The notes under the pieces were generated by a model. That model saw only the letters and a list, made by a program, of their open reading frames with translations, made no database searches and was not told the origin of the DNA. From the NCBI GenBank assembly GCA_035305585.1, contig DATGOV010000038.1, forward strand, positions 3,744 through 67,743: DNA of 64,000 bases, given 5' to 3'. Position numbers and translations under genes: made by a program. The DNA comes from Acidimicrobiia bacterium. GTDB taxonomy: Bacteria > Actinomycetota > Acidimicrobiia > Spongiisociales > ZC4RG35. Shown here piece after piece: positions 40,386-49,270 of this stretch; position 1 is the stretch's first letter, and every line of letters starts with the position of its first letter.

Positions 40386-41306
40386 TCAGGCCCCGAGGAG
40401 ACGCTCGGCCGCGGTCCACGGATCCAAGACCCCGCTCTCCACCTCGGCCACGACCCCGTCGAGATCGGGGCCTGCCATCCGCCGGCGCATCCCCTCGGTG
40501 ATCGCTGCTTCGACGTAGCTCCGGGCGCGCCGCTGCCTGCGCCGCCCGCCCTCGTCACTCGTGGTCAGGTGGCGCTGGTGACGGTCGATGGCGTCCACGA
40601 GCTCCTCGAGGCCGGCGCCTTCGGTGGCGACGGTGTCGACGATGGGAGGATGCCACGCGTGGTCGGGTGCCATCTCGAGCATCGTCTCCAGCCAGCGACG
40701 GGTTTCGCCGGGCGCGCCGACGTCGGCTTTGTTGACGACGAAGACATCGCCGATCTCGAGGATCCCTGCCTTGTCAGCCTGCACCCCGTCTCCCCAGCCA
40801 GGGGTGAGCACGACGACGACCGTGTCGGCGTGGTGGACCACCTCCACCTCGGACTGACCGACTCCCACTGTCTCGATCACGACCGGGTCGAAGCGGGCGG
40901 CCTGGAGGACCGTGACCAACCCGGCGGTGGCGTCGGCCAAGCCACCGAGCCTCCCGCGGCTGGACATCGAGCGGATGAACACGTCCGGGTCGGTGACGTG
41001 ACCCTGCATCCGGATCCGGTCGCCGAGCAGCGCACCTCCGGTGAACGGGCTGGACGGATCGACGGCGACGACCCCGACACGGCGGTCCACGGCCCGCCAC
41101 GTAGTTATGAGGGCGTTCGTGAGTGTCGACTTCCCGGACCCGGGGGCCCCGGTGATGCCGATGAGATGCGCCGAAGGGCGGAGTCGCCACGCCTCGGCCA
41201 GGACAGCCCGGGCATCGTCGTGTCGGTCCTCCACGAGGCGGAGCAGACGGGCGAGGGCGCGGCTGTCGCCCTGGCGCGCCCGTTGCCAGAGGTCAGTCGG
41301 ATCCAC
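40386..41306 (-). CDS. meaB: MeaB/ArgK-family GTPase (methylmalonyl-CoA mutase chaperone)
   Basis: GITGAPGSGKST, AVDPSSPFTGGALLGDRIRM, IETVGVGQSE, VNKAD. Confidence 0.92.
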   Translation of the reverse strand: MDPTDLWQRARQGDSRALARLLRLVEDRHDDARAVLAEAWRLRPSAHLIGITGAPGSGKSTLTNALITTWRAVDRRVGVVAVDPSSPFTGGALLGDRIRMQGHVTDPDVFIRSMSSRGRLGGLADATAGLVTVLQAARFDPVVIETVGVGQSEVEVVHHADTVVVVLTPGWGDGVQADKAGILEIGDVFVVNKADVGAPGETRRWLETMLEMAPDHAWHPPIVDTVATEGAGLEELVDAIDRHQRHLTTSDEGGRRRQRRARSYVEAAITEGMRRRMAGPDLDGVVAEVESGVLDPWTAAERLLGA

Positions 41307-41329
41307 GCCGCGAGGCTAGCGACAGCAGG

Positions 41330-41632
41330 TCAGGCGACTGCGTCCACCGCGACGACGCCGGGGACTCGGTCCTTGAGGATGCGCTCGATGCCCGCCTTCA
41401 AGGTCATCATCGAGAGCGGACAGCCGCCACAGGCGCCCACCATCTGCAGGGTGACGACGCCGTCCTCGACGCCCTGGAGGACGATGTCACCACCGTCCAT
41501 CTGGATGGCAGGACGGATGTAGTCGAGCGTCGACTCCAGGAGCTGCAGGTCGACTTCGCCATCCGCGTCCTGGGTCGAAGTGATGTGCACCGGCGTCGTT
41601 TCTTGGGTGGGGGTTTCAGCCATGTCGGTCAT
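41330..41632 (-). CDS. NifU-family (Nfu) Fe-S carrier
   Basis: IRPAIQMDGGDI, GACGGCPLSMMTLKAGIERIL (CxxC). Confidence 0.9.
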   Translation of the reverse strand: MTDMAETPTQETTPVHITSTQDADGEVDLQLLESTLDYIRPAIQMDGGDIVLQGVEDGVVTLQMVGACGGCPLSMMTLKAGIERILKDRVPGVVAVDAVA

Positions 41633-41668
41633 AACAACATCCGCGGCCTCGGCCGTGTTCCCTCCAGG

Positions 41669-43210
41669 TTAACCGGGGTCGTCTCTACCGAGGACGACAT
41701 CGACGCCACCGTGGTCGTTGACGGCGCGCATCCGGAGCGAGACCGTGGGGTCGAGTGGCACCACGACGGTGAAATGGCCAGCCTGACGGCGGTCCGGCCC
41801 GTGCGACTCGACGACCTCGCCTCCCCGCACGATCTCCCAGGACACCTCGGCGGTTGCGTTCAATTCGATACGGAGACCGACACCCGTTGGCGTGACCGCG
41901 ACTCCCGTCAATCGAAGCCTCGGAGGCAATCCGACTCGGACGGGCGGTTGCGCTTCGATGGAGCCGGCGGATGCCGTGAGGCTCCAACCGCCTTCCGCTC
42001 CCCTGGCCGCGGGGTAGCCGTCGATGTACACATCGACCGGCCCGACCGTCCCGACGGTGAACTCGTCGACTTCGAGGGCGAGAGCCACTTCCACGTCCTC
42101 GGGCACGAACTGGGGAGCCTCGACGGGTGTGAGCCCTCCGTAGTAGTGGGCGAGGATCTCTGCGGCCGTGGCACCTCGCTCGGCCATCGCCTGCGCTCCG
42201 TACTGGCTCATACCGACCTGATGGCCCCATCCCCGACCCACCACCTGATGGATGGCCAGGACCGGAGGAGCACCCGGCTCCTGGAGGGGCAGTCGGTAGG
42301 TCTGCATCCGAAACGTCGGCGACAGGATCGCCTGCGGATAGCGGGCGCCGTCCGGCCGCACGGCGGGGAGGTGGGCGGTGAGTGGTGACGTGACCGCACC
42401 GTTCACCATGTTGCGGAGCGTCCATGTGTCCACGGTCTTCTCGCCGTCGGCGGTGTGGAATGTGACGGTCCATGGGCCTTCCCCGTCCGCCCGGGTCTGG
42501 GTGTCCACTTCGATCAGTTCACCGTCCGTGAGGCCGGCGGCGTCCGTCAGCTGCTGCATGTGCCGCTGGGGAAGGCGCCACATCCACTCCACGAACGGGG
42601 AGTCCTCTCCGGGGGAATCCACCGCGACGAGATAGGGGAGGTCGATGTCGGGCCAGACGTCGGAAACCGTGCGAGTACGTCCCCCGCTCGTCGACGAGTA
42701 GTAGGTCTGGGCGGGAGCGCCGTCGTAGACCAGGATCTGGGAGTCGGTGGCTTCGACCGCGGCCCGCCATCGGTCGCCGTTCTCTGCGAGAGTGGGCTCG
42801 AGGCCGGCGTAGACCTGACATGCCACTGTCGCGCAGATGTCGTAGTCGTAGGCCTCACCGGACTCGGTTCGTCCGCGGGCCAGAGTCCAGGCGAGGTATG
42901 TTCGGGCGGCGATGGCTTGGGCTTCCAGGGCTGCCGGCTCCCAATCGAACGGGACCTCTTGGATGCCGGCCAGGTATCCGTCGAGGGACACGTCTTCCAC
43001 GACCGCCAGGCCCTCCCGATGCGCGGTGACACGCAGGCGGCCTCCGTAGCGACGCCCGTCGACGACCACCGCAGACTCGTCGCCCGCCGGGACGACCTCG
43101 AGCACTCGCCCGCGAACGGGCTCCGGTTCGGGCTCCTGAGCGGTAGCCGGCGGGACGGGTGCCGCGACGAGAGCGAGTCCCGTCAGCAGCGCCGCCACTC
43201 TCCGGATCAC
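41669..43210 (-). CDS. SpoIID/LytB domain protein
   Basis: Signal peptide; YLAGIQEV, ALEAQAIAARTY, CQVYAG, YYSSTSGG, GRGWGHQVGMSQYGA, EILAHYY. Confidence 0.88.
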   Translation of the reverse strand: MIRRVAALLTGLALVAAPVPPATAQEPEPEPVRGRVLEVVPAGDESAVVVDGRRYGGRLRVTAHREGLAVVEDVSLDGYLAGIQEVPFDWEPAALEAQAIAARTYLAWTLARGRTESGEAYDYDICATVACQVYAGLEPTLAENGDRWRAAVEATDSQILVYDGAPAQTYYSSTSGGRTRTVSDVWPDIDLPYLVAVDSPGEDSPFVEWMWRLPQRHMQQLTDAAGLTDGELIEVDTQTRADGEGPWTVTFHTADGEKTVDTWTLRNMVNGAVTSPLTAHLPAVRPDGARYPQAILSPTFRMQTYRLPLQEPGAPPVLAIHQVVGRGWGHQVGMSQYGAQAMAERGATAAEILAHYYGGLTPVEAPQFVPEDVEVALALEVDEFTVGTVGPVDVYIDGYPAARGAEGGWSLTASAGSIEAQPPVRVGLPPRLRLTGVAVTPTGVGLRIELNATAEVSWEIVRGGEVVESHGPDRRQAGHFTVVVPLDPTVSLRMRAVNDHGGVDVVLGRDDPG

Positions 43211-44457
43211 GTCCGTTGGATGTGCGCTCCGAGGGAAGCGAGCTTCTCGACGAACGCCTCGTAGCCGCGGTCGATGTGGTGTATCTCGTCGACCACCGTG
43301 GTGCCGTCGGCCCGGAGACCGGCCAGCACCACCGCCGCCCCGGCGCGGATGTCGTGGGCCAGCACCGGGCAGCCGGACAGCCGTTCCACTCCCCGCACGA
43401 CGGCGTGCTGCCATTCGGTGGTGATGTCGGCTCCCATCCGCCTCAACTCGCCGATGTAGCGGAAGCGGGCGTCGTAGATGTTCTCGGTGATGACGGAGGT
43501 GCCGTCGGCGACCGCGAGGAGCGCCACCATCTGGGGGTGCATGTCGGTGTGGAAGCCGGGGAACGGCAGCGTGGCGAAGTCGACGGCACTCGGCCGATCC
43601 GGCCCGACTATCCGCAGCCATCCGTCCCCGCGTTCCACACCGACGCCGGCTTCCTCCAGCTTGCGCAGCTCCATCCGCAGGTCGTCGGGTATGCAGCCGG
43701 TCACTGTCACGTCCCCCGCAGTGATGGCTCCGGCGATGGCGTACGTACCCGCCTCGAGGCGGTCAGGAACCACCCGGTGGGAGGTGGGCTCCAGGGAGTC
43801 GACGCCCCGCACACGGACGAGGGCCGTGCCCTCTCCTGAGATGTCGGCACCCATCTCCCGCAACTGACGGACCAGGTCTCGGATCTCCGGCTCGCGGGCG
43901 GCGTTGACGATCGTTGTGTTGCCCTTGGCGAGGACCGCGGCGAACAGCAGGTTCTCGGTGGCGCCGACGGAGGGGAATGGCAGCTCCACCTCGGCCCCGA
44001 TCAGACGATCCGAGACCGAGCCCACCAGCTCGCCATGGACCAGCTGGAACGTGGCTCCCATCCTCTCCAGACCGTCGAGGTGGAAGTCGATGGGACGCGC
44101 CCCGAGGTCGTCGCCTCCGGGCTGGGCGACGCGGGCGATGCCACAACGCGCCAGAAGAGGTCCCAGCACGACGATCGAGGCCCGCATCTGCCGCACGAGG
44201 TGGAGAGGAGCCTCCGGCTCCAAGTCGTCGGGAACCACTATGTGGAGCTCGTCGTCCCTCCGATCGACGTGGCAACCGACGTGGGTCAGCACCTCCGACA
44301 TCAACGTGACGTCGAGAATGTCAGGGACATTCGTGAGACGGTGCCGTCCGGGGGCGAGGAGAGTGGCTGCCATCTCCTTCAGCACTGCGTTCTTGGCGCC
44401 GAGGACGCCGACCGTGCCGCGGAGCGCCTGCCCTCCCTCGACGATGATCTGGGGCAT
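43207..44457 (-). CDS. murA: UDP-N-acetylglucosamine 1-carboxyvinyltransferase
   Basis: GAKNAVL, RASIVVLGPLLAR, PGGDDLGARP (Asp at the fosfomycin-target Cys position), SVGATEN, PDRLEAGT, IDRGY. Confidence 0.95.
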   Translation of the reverse strand: MPQIIVEGGQALRGTVGVLGAKNAVLKEMAATLLAPGRHRLTNVPDILDVTLMSEVLTHVGCHVDRRDDELHIVVPDDLEPEAPLHLVRQMRASIVVLGPLLARCGIARVAQPGGDDLGARPIDFHLDGLERMGATFQLVHGELVGSVSDRLIGAEVELPFPSVGATENLLFAAVLAKGNTTIVNAAREPEIRDLVRQLREMGADISGEGTALVRVRGVDSLEPTSHRVVPDRLEAGTYAIAGAITAGDVTVTGCIPDDLRMELRKLEEAGVGVERGDGWLRIVGPDRPSAVDFATLPFPGFHTDMHPQMVALLAVADGTSVITENIYDARFRYIGELRRMGADITTEWQHAVVRGVERLSGCPVLAHDIRAGAAVVLAGLRADGTTVVDEIHHIDRGYEAFVEKLASLGAHIQRT

Positions 44458-44546
44458 CCGGCTGCAGTGTACGGGCTACCGCCTGGAAGGCGATCGCGGA
44501 AGGACCTCGATACCCGAGGGGAGCTTGCGGGAGGTAGCCTGAGCCG

Positions 44547-44987
44547 ATGCGCATCGCCCTGGCCGCTGACCACGCCGGTTACGAACTCAAAGAGCATTTG
44601 GCCAAGTGGCTCACCGAGGCGGGACACGCCGTCTACGACCTCGGGACCCACTCCACCGACCCGGTGGACTACCCGGACTTCGCGGCTGCCGCCGCCCGTG
44701 CGGTCCTCGATGGCCGCGCCAACCGGGCGATCGTGGTCTGCGGCTCAGGCGCCGGAGCGTGCATCGCCGCCAACAAGTTCTCGGGCATCCGGGCCGCGGT
44801 CGCCCAAGAGACCTACACCGCCCGCCAGATGGTGGAGCACGACGACGTCAACGTGCTGTGCCTGGGTGCGCGGGTGGTGGGCGAGAAGCTCGCCGAGGCG
44901 GTCGTCGCCGAGTTCCTAGACGCCGAGTTCACGGGCGAGGAGCGACATCGGCGCCGCCTCGAGAAGATCGAGGCTCTCGAGGGCTGA
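44547..44987 (+). CDS. rpiB: Ribose-5-phosphate isomerase B
   Basis: AADHAGYELK, VDYPD, CGSGAG..IAANK, HDDVNVLCLGARV, RHRRRLEKI. Confidence 0.95.
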   Translation: MRIALAADHAGYELKEHLAKWLTEAGHAVYDLGTHSTDPVDYPDFAAAAARAVLDGRANRAIVVCGSGAGACIAANKFSGIRAAVAQETYTARQMVEHDDVNVLCLGARVVGEKLAEAVVAEFLDAEFTGEERHRRRLEKIEALEG

Positions 44988-45000
44988 GACCGACTTCCGA

Positions 45001-45621
45001 TCAGGCGCCTTCGGTGGCCAGACCGAACAACTCGCTGATGACGTCCGTGCCGCTCGCGGTGATCTCACCAGAGATGCGGAACAGCACCTCGTTGTTGCCG
45101 TCGAGGACGATCCAGTAGGGAGTTCCGACCAGCCCCAGAGCGGCGGCGGCGGTGTTGGACTGATCGTCGTGGATGGTGGGAACATCCCACCCTTCCCGCT
45201 GGAGCCACTCTTGCGGTGGCCAGTTGCCCCGCACCTTCTGCAGCAGCGTGGAGACGGCGTAGAAGTCGACGTTCTCCGGCTTGTTGCCTGCCTGGAGCCA
45301 TTCGACGACCCGGGGCACCTCATTCTGGCAATGGGGGCACCAGTGAGCCATCACCATGATCACCTTGGGGCGCCCGTCGGGAGCGATGCTGATCGTCGAC
45401 CCGTCGGGGTTGGAGGCCGTGAGTGTGGGAGCGGTCTGGCCGACGCCGTCGTCGTTGGAAGCGTCGCCACCGAACGGAGGCAGGTTCTGGCCTTCCGCGG
45501 TGACCTCGCCGTAGACGTCCTCGTCCGAGGTGCCGCCGGAGACAGCGGAGATGGCGATGGCGATCACGAGTCCCAGACCGAGGACCCCGCCGACGATGTA
45601 GAGGATCAGCTTGTTGTTCAT
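45001..45621 (-). CDS. Membrane-anchored TlpA/DsbE-like thiol-disulfide oxidoreductase
   Basis: N-terminal TM helix, AHWCPHCQNEVP, GTPYW cis-Pro loop. Confidence 0.85.
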   Translation of the reverse strand: MNNKLILYIVGGVLGLGLVIAIAISAVSGGTSDEDVYGEVTAEGQNLPPFGGDASNDDGVGQTAPTLTASNPDGSTISIAPDGRPKVIMVMAHWCPHCQNEVPRVVEWLQAGNKPENVDFYAVSTLLQKVRGNWPPQEWLQREGWDVPTIHDDQSNTAAAALGLVGTPYWIVLDGNNEVLFRISGEITASGTDVISELFGLATEGA

Positions 45622-46154
45622 GCGTCTTTCTCTGGGTCAGTGGCGCCGCTAAAGGTTGCCAACAGAACGGTGATTAGGAGAAATCCGGCTCCGGCCATGA
45701 AGGGTATCGACACGAACCCGAACATGTTCACGAGCTTGGCGGTGCAGGGTACCGCCGGATCACACGCTCCACCCGCGTCGAGGTTGGGGAAGTTCTGGAT
45801 GAGGACGTGATAGATGCTGATGCCCAGTCCGATGATCGAGAGCGGGAGGCCATAGGTCCGGATCTTGCGGTCGTCACGGATGGCGCCGACGAGGAGGATG
45901 ACCGCTAGCGGGTACATGGCGATCCGCTGGTACCAGCACAGGAGGCAGGGCGGGAAGTGGAAGTACTCGGAGTAGATGAGCGACCCCACCGTGCACGTGG
46001 CGGCCACCAGCCAGGCGAGCCACCGCGCCGGTGACGCCAGCCCAGCCCGGGTGGGTGCCGGCACGACGAAGCGGACCACGAGCGCCACGATCGCCAAGAC
46101 CAAGGCGACGAGCGCCATGACGGCAGTGAATGTGGAATAGGTGAAAGCGTCCAT
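45618..46154 (-). CDS. dsbB: Disulfide bond formation protein B (DsbB/BdbC-like)
   Basis: SLIYSE..HFPPCLLCWYQRIAMYPL, ISIYHV, CDPAVPC, FGFVSIPFMA. Confidence 0.85.
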   Translation of the reverse strand: MDAFTYSTFTAVMALVALVLAIVALVVRFVVPAPTRAGLASPARWLAWLVAATCTVGSLIYSEYFHFPPCLLCWYQRIAMYPLAVILLVGAIRDDRKIRTYGLPLSIIGLGISIYHVLIQNFPNLDAGGACDPAVPCTAKLVNMFGFVSIPFMAGAGFLLITVLLATFSGATDPEKDA

Positions 46155-46197
46155 CGAGCGGCTCCGGCAGTCTATTGCGGACCGGGGGCGCTCTATT

Positions 46198-46252
46198 CCG
46201 TTCTGTGGTCCGGAAAGAGGCGCGTCAGCGCCCTCTCCGGACCACAGAACGG
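46198..46252. repeat. 55-nt REP-like palindrome with 17-bp perfect arms
   Basis: CCGTTCTGTGGTCCGGA ... TCCGGACCACAGAACGG with a partly paired inner segment. Confidence 0.65.
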
Positions 46253-46265
46253 GATCTCGCCGCGA

Positions 46266-46799
46266 TCAGCGGGCGTAGCCGGCGCTGACGATCAGTTCGG
46301 CCATCTGGTCGTAGGCCGCCCGATCGGTCGGCGTGACAGCCGCCAAGCCGTCGACGTAGCGGTTGAACATGCAGAACGCAGCCGCGATCAGAACGGTGTC
46401 GTGGATCTCCCGATCGGTGGCGCCTTCGGACCGAGCGACCGCGATGACGTCGTCGGTGACGGCTCGGCCGCTCTCCTGCACCTTCCCCGCCAGGCGGAGC
46501 AACGCCCTCATCTTGGGCGAGACGGGAGCGGAGTCGAGGTCGGCGAGAGTGGCGTCGACAACGTCGTATCCGCCGTCGAGCTGCTTCGCCGCGAAGGCGC
46601 TGTGCGACCAGCAGCAGAAATTGCATTCGTTGAGACGGGACACGTACGCCGCGATCAGCTCGCGTTCGCCGCGCTCCAACGTCGACTCGCCTCGCAGCAG
46701 GACCTCGGCGAGCTGGTTGAGAGGCATCGCGGTGTCAGGTCGGAAGTCGAACAACGCCCGAATCCCGGGAATCTTCTCGTCCAGTTCGATGTGTGGCAT
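46266..46799 (-). CDS. Carboxymuconolactone decarboxylase/AhpD-like peroxidase-related protein
   Basis: LERGERELIAAYVSRLNECNFCCWSH, FNRYVDG. Confidence 0.85.
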   Translation of the reverse strand: MPHIELDEKIPGIRALFDFRPDTAMPLNQLAEVLLRGESTLERGERELIAAYVSRLNECNFCCWSHSAFAAKQLDGGYDVVDATLADLDSAPVSPKMRALLRLAGKVQESGRAVTDDVIAVARSEGATDREIHDTVLIAAAFCMFNRYVDGLAAVTPTDRAAYDQMAELIVSAGYAR

Positions 46800-46892
46800 T
46801 TGCCCTCCTACTCCGCAACAGCGACCCAGACCATACCGCCGCCCTGCGGGGGAGTCTTCGACCCGGGGGATTTTGCATCTGGAACGAAGAGG

Positions 46893-46918
46893 GGCCCGGC
46901 GTCCACGGACGCCGGGCC
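46893..46918 (-). terminator. Hairpin immediately 3' of tRNA-Glu
   Basis: GGCCCGGCGTC-cacg-GACGCCGGGCC 11-bp stem. Confidence 0.7.
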
Positions 46919-46922
46919 ACGG

Positions 46923-46995
46923 CAGCCCCGACGGGATTCGAACCCGCGTTACCGGCTTGAAAGGCCGGCGTCCTAGACCGCTGGACGACGGGGCC
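46923..46995 (-). tRNA. tRNA-Glu (anticodon TTC), CCA not encoded
   Basis: GGCCCCG acceptor, GTCC/GGAC D-arm, CCGGC-CTTTCAA-GCCGG anticodon arm, GGTTCGAATCCC T-loop; directly downstream of gltX with a TACCAT -10. Confidence 0.96.
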
Positions 46996-47042
46996 GGGCT
47001 GTGATCGCATGGTATCCCACGCCGCCCGCTCCCCCAACGTGA

Positions 47043-48452
47043 TCAGAGGCGGCGCCGGGCCTCTTCCAACCGAGCGATCGACGTTTCTCTTCCCAGAGCG
47101 GCCAGCGATTCGAACAGCGGAGGGCTCACCGACGAGCCCGTGACGGCAACTCGAACGGGTTGGAACACCTTGCCGGCACCGAGGCCCAGGCGCTCCGGCA
47201 GAGCACGCAGGGCCGACTCGATCGCCTCGGCGTTCCACTCCGCGAGCGCACTGAGCTCGTCGAGGGCAGAATCGACGACCTCCCGCACGCCGTCCTTTTC
47301 CATCACCTTCTTCCATGACCTCTCGTCATAGGTGAGGTCGGACACGTAGAGGAAACGAGCCTGCTCGGCGGCGTCGGGCATCAGCTTCGTGCGCTCCTGG
47401 ATCAGCGGAGCGAGCTCCTCGAACCGTGCCCATTCGACGTCGCTCAACGGACCGACTTCCTTTTCGACCCACGGCCGGGCCCGCTCGGAGAACGACTCGA
47501 CTGCCATGGCTCGGATGTATTCGCCGTTGAGCCAGTTCAGCTTGTCGAGGTCGAAGATCGCCGGGTTGCGTTGCACATCGGCGAGATCGAACCGGGCGAT
47601 GGCGAGATCCAGATCGAACATCTCCAGGTCGTCGCCGGGCGACCAGCCGAGCAAGGCGAGGTAATTGACCATCGCCTCGGGCAGATAGCCCGCGTCCCGG
47701 AATTCGGTGACGGATGTCGCCCCGTGCCGCTTCGAGAGCTTCTTTCCGTCTGCCCCGAACAGCAACGGCAGATGGGCGTACACGGGGGGTTCGGCTTCCA
47801 CCGCCCTGGTGAGGAGGATGTGCTTCGGCGTCGACGACAGGAGGTCCTCTCCTCGGGCGACGTGGGTGATCTCGTAGTCGACGTCGTCGACCGTCGAGGC
47901 CAGGTGGTATGTGGGGGTGCCATCGCTGCGAAGGATCACGAAGTCGTCGATGGACTCGGCTTCGAACCGTACCTCGCCGCGGACGAGGTCCTCGAACACG
48001 ACCGACTCTTCGACGGCGAAGCGGATCGCCCCCTCGGAGCGGGAATCCGCCGGCCGCCGGATGTAGTGAGCGGGGTGCTTGCCTTCCCTCTGAGCCTTCT
48101 CACGCAGCGTGTCCAGCTCCTCCTCCGAACGGTCGTCGTAGTAGGCGGCTCCCGAGGCCACGAGAGACTCGGCGACCTCGCGGTAGCGGTCGAATCGGGC
48201 AGACTGTCGGTAGTCGCCGTGCGGGCCACCTACCTCGACGCCCTCGTCCCAGTCGAGGCCGAGCCAGCGAAGGCTGTCGAGGATGTTCGCCTCGTACTCG
48301 GCGGTCGACCGCTCCCGGTCGGTGTCGTCGATCCGCACGATGAACACGCCGCCGGTGTGGCGGGCGTAGAGCCAGTTGTAGAGCGCGGCTCGAGCCGTCC
48401 CGACATGGAGGTTGCCAGTCGGAGACGGAGCGACACGCAGTCTCGTAGTCAT
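47043..48452 (-). CDS. gltX: Glutamate--tRNA ligase
   Basis: RVAPSPTG.LHVG, RIDDTD, THVARGED, KKLSKR, FDLDKLNWLNG. Confidence 0.95.
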   Translation of the reverse strand: MTTRLRVAPSPTGNLHVGTARAALYNWLYARHTGGVFIVRIDDTDRERSTAEYEANILDSLRWLGLDWDEGVEVGGPHGDYRQSARFDRYREVAESLVASGAAYYDDRSEEELDTLREKAQREGKHPAHYIRRPADSRSEGAIRFAVEESVVFEDLVRGEVRFEAESIDDFVILRSDGTPTYHLASTVDDVDYEITHVARGEDLLSSTPKHILLTRAVEAEPPVYAHLPLLFGADGKKLSKRHGATSVTEFRDAGYLPEAMVNYLALLGWSPGDDLEMFDLDLAIARFDLADVQRNPAIFDLDKLNWLNGEYIRAMAVESFSERARPWVEKEVGPLSDVEWARFEELAPLIQERTKLMPDAAEQARFLYVSDLTYDERSWKKVMEKDGVREVVDSALDELSALAEWNAEAIESALRALPERLGLGAGKVFQPVRVAVTGSSVSPPLFESLAALGRETSIARLEEARRRL

Positions 48453-49207
48453 CGTCCTGCCACCATTCGATTCGCCAACACCCCGATTCCGTCGATCTCC
48501 ACTTCCATCAGGTCCCCCGGTTCGACCGGCCCCGCCCCCGACGGGGTGCCCGTGAGGATGACGTCACCTGGCAGCAAGGTCATCACCCGCGTGACGAACT
48601 CGACGATCTCGGCGACACCGAACGTCATGTCGACGGTGAATCCCGCCTGACGCACCTCCCCGTTGACCCGGGAGACGATCGCCAGACGCTCCAGCGGATC
48701 GAGCTCGGTCTCTATGGCCGGGCCGATCGGGCAGAACGTGTCGAACCCCTTGGCGCGCGTCCACTGCCCGTCCCTCTCCTGCAAGTCCTGGGCGGTCACG
48801 TCGTTGGCGGCGGTGTAGCCGAAGATGTACTGGGAGGCATCCTCGGCGGACACGTTGTGGGCCACTCGCCCGATCACCACGGCGAGGGTGGCCGCATGGT
48901 GCACGTCATCGCTCGCAGATGGCTTCACCACGTGGGCATTGGGCCCGACCACCGACGTCGCCGGCTTCAGGTAGATCACCGGCTCCTTGCCTTCCTCGAA
49001 GTCGGCATCCTCGGTCGCATAGTTGTGACCCACTCCGACGACCTTGGAGGGCAGCACGGGGGATATGAGCTGGACCGATTCCCACGGAACCATGGTCTCG
49101 GTCGGCTCCCAAGCCACGAAGGGTGACCCCTGGTAGACGGTGACGCCTTCTGCCTCGGCGAGCCCATAGGCGATGTCGTCACCCGCCTTGAATCTGACGA
49201 TCTTCAT
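48449..49207 (-). CDS. Fumarylacetoacetate hydrolase family protein
   Basis: PSKVVGVGHNY, YLKPATS, GYTAANDVTA, RAKGFDTFCPIGP, GDVILTGTP. Confidence 0.9.
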   Translation of the reverse strand: MKIVRFKAGDDIAYGLAEAEGVTVYQGSPFVAWEPTETMVPWESVQLISPVLPSKVVGVGHNYATEDADFEEGKEPVIYLKPATSVVGPNAHVVKPSASDDVHHAATLAVVIGRVAHNVSAEDASQYIFGYTAANDVTAQDLQERDGQWTRAKGFDTFCPIGPAIETELDPLERLAIVSRVNGEVRQAGFTVDMTFGVAEIVEFVTRVMTLLPGDVILTGTPSGAGPVEPGDLMEVEIDGIGVLANRMVAGR

Positions 49208-49270
49208 CTCCTGGCCAGGGTAAACCGCACCGGCCGACCATCCGGCACCGGAGGAGGTTGGCGGTCTACG

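Noticed and set aside
37721-40558. 945-aa minus-strand ORF and similar long ORFs (30605..32767, 49457..51082, 6281..7966, 23898..25121)
   Set aside because: Antisense or off-frame shadows of well-supported genes, expected in high-GC DNA; no motifs
46923-46995. tRNA-Glu as an integration site for a genomic island
   Set aside because: No duplicated tRNA 3' end seen, no integrase, and flanking genes are ordinary with unchanged composition
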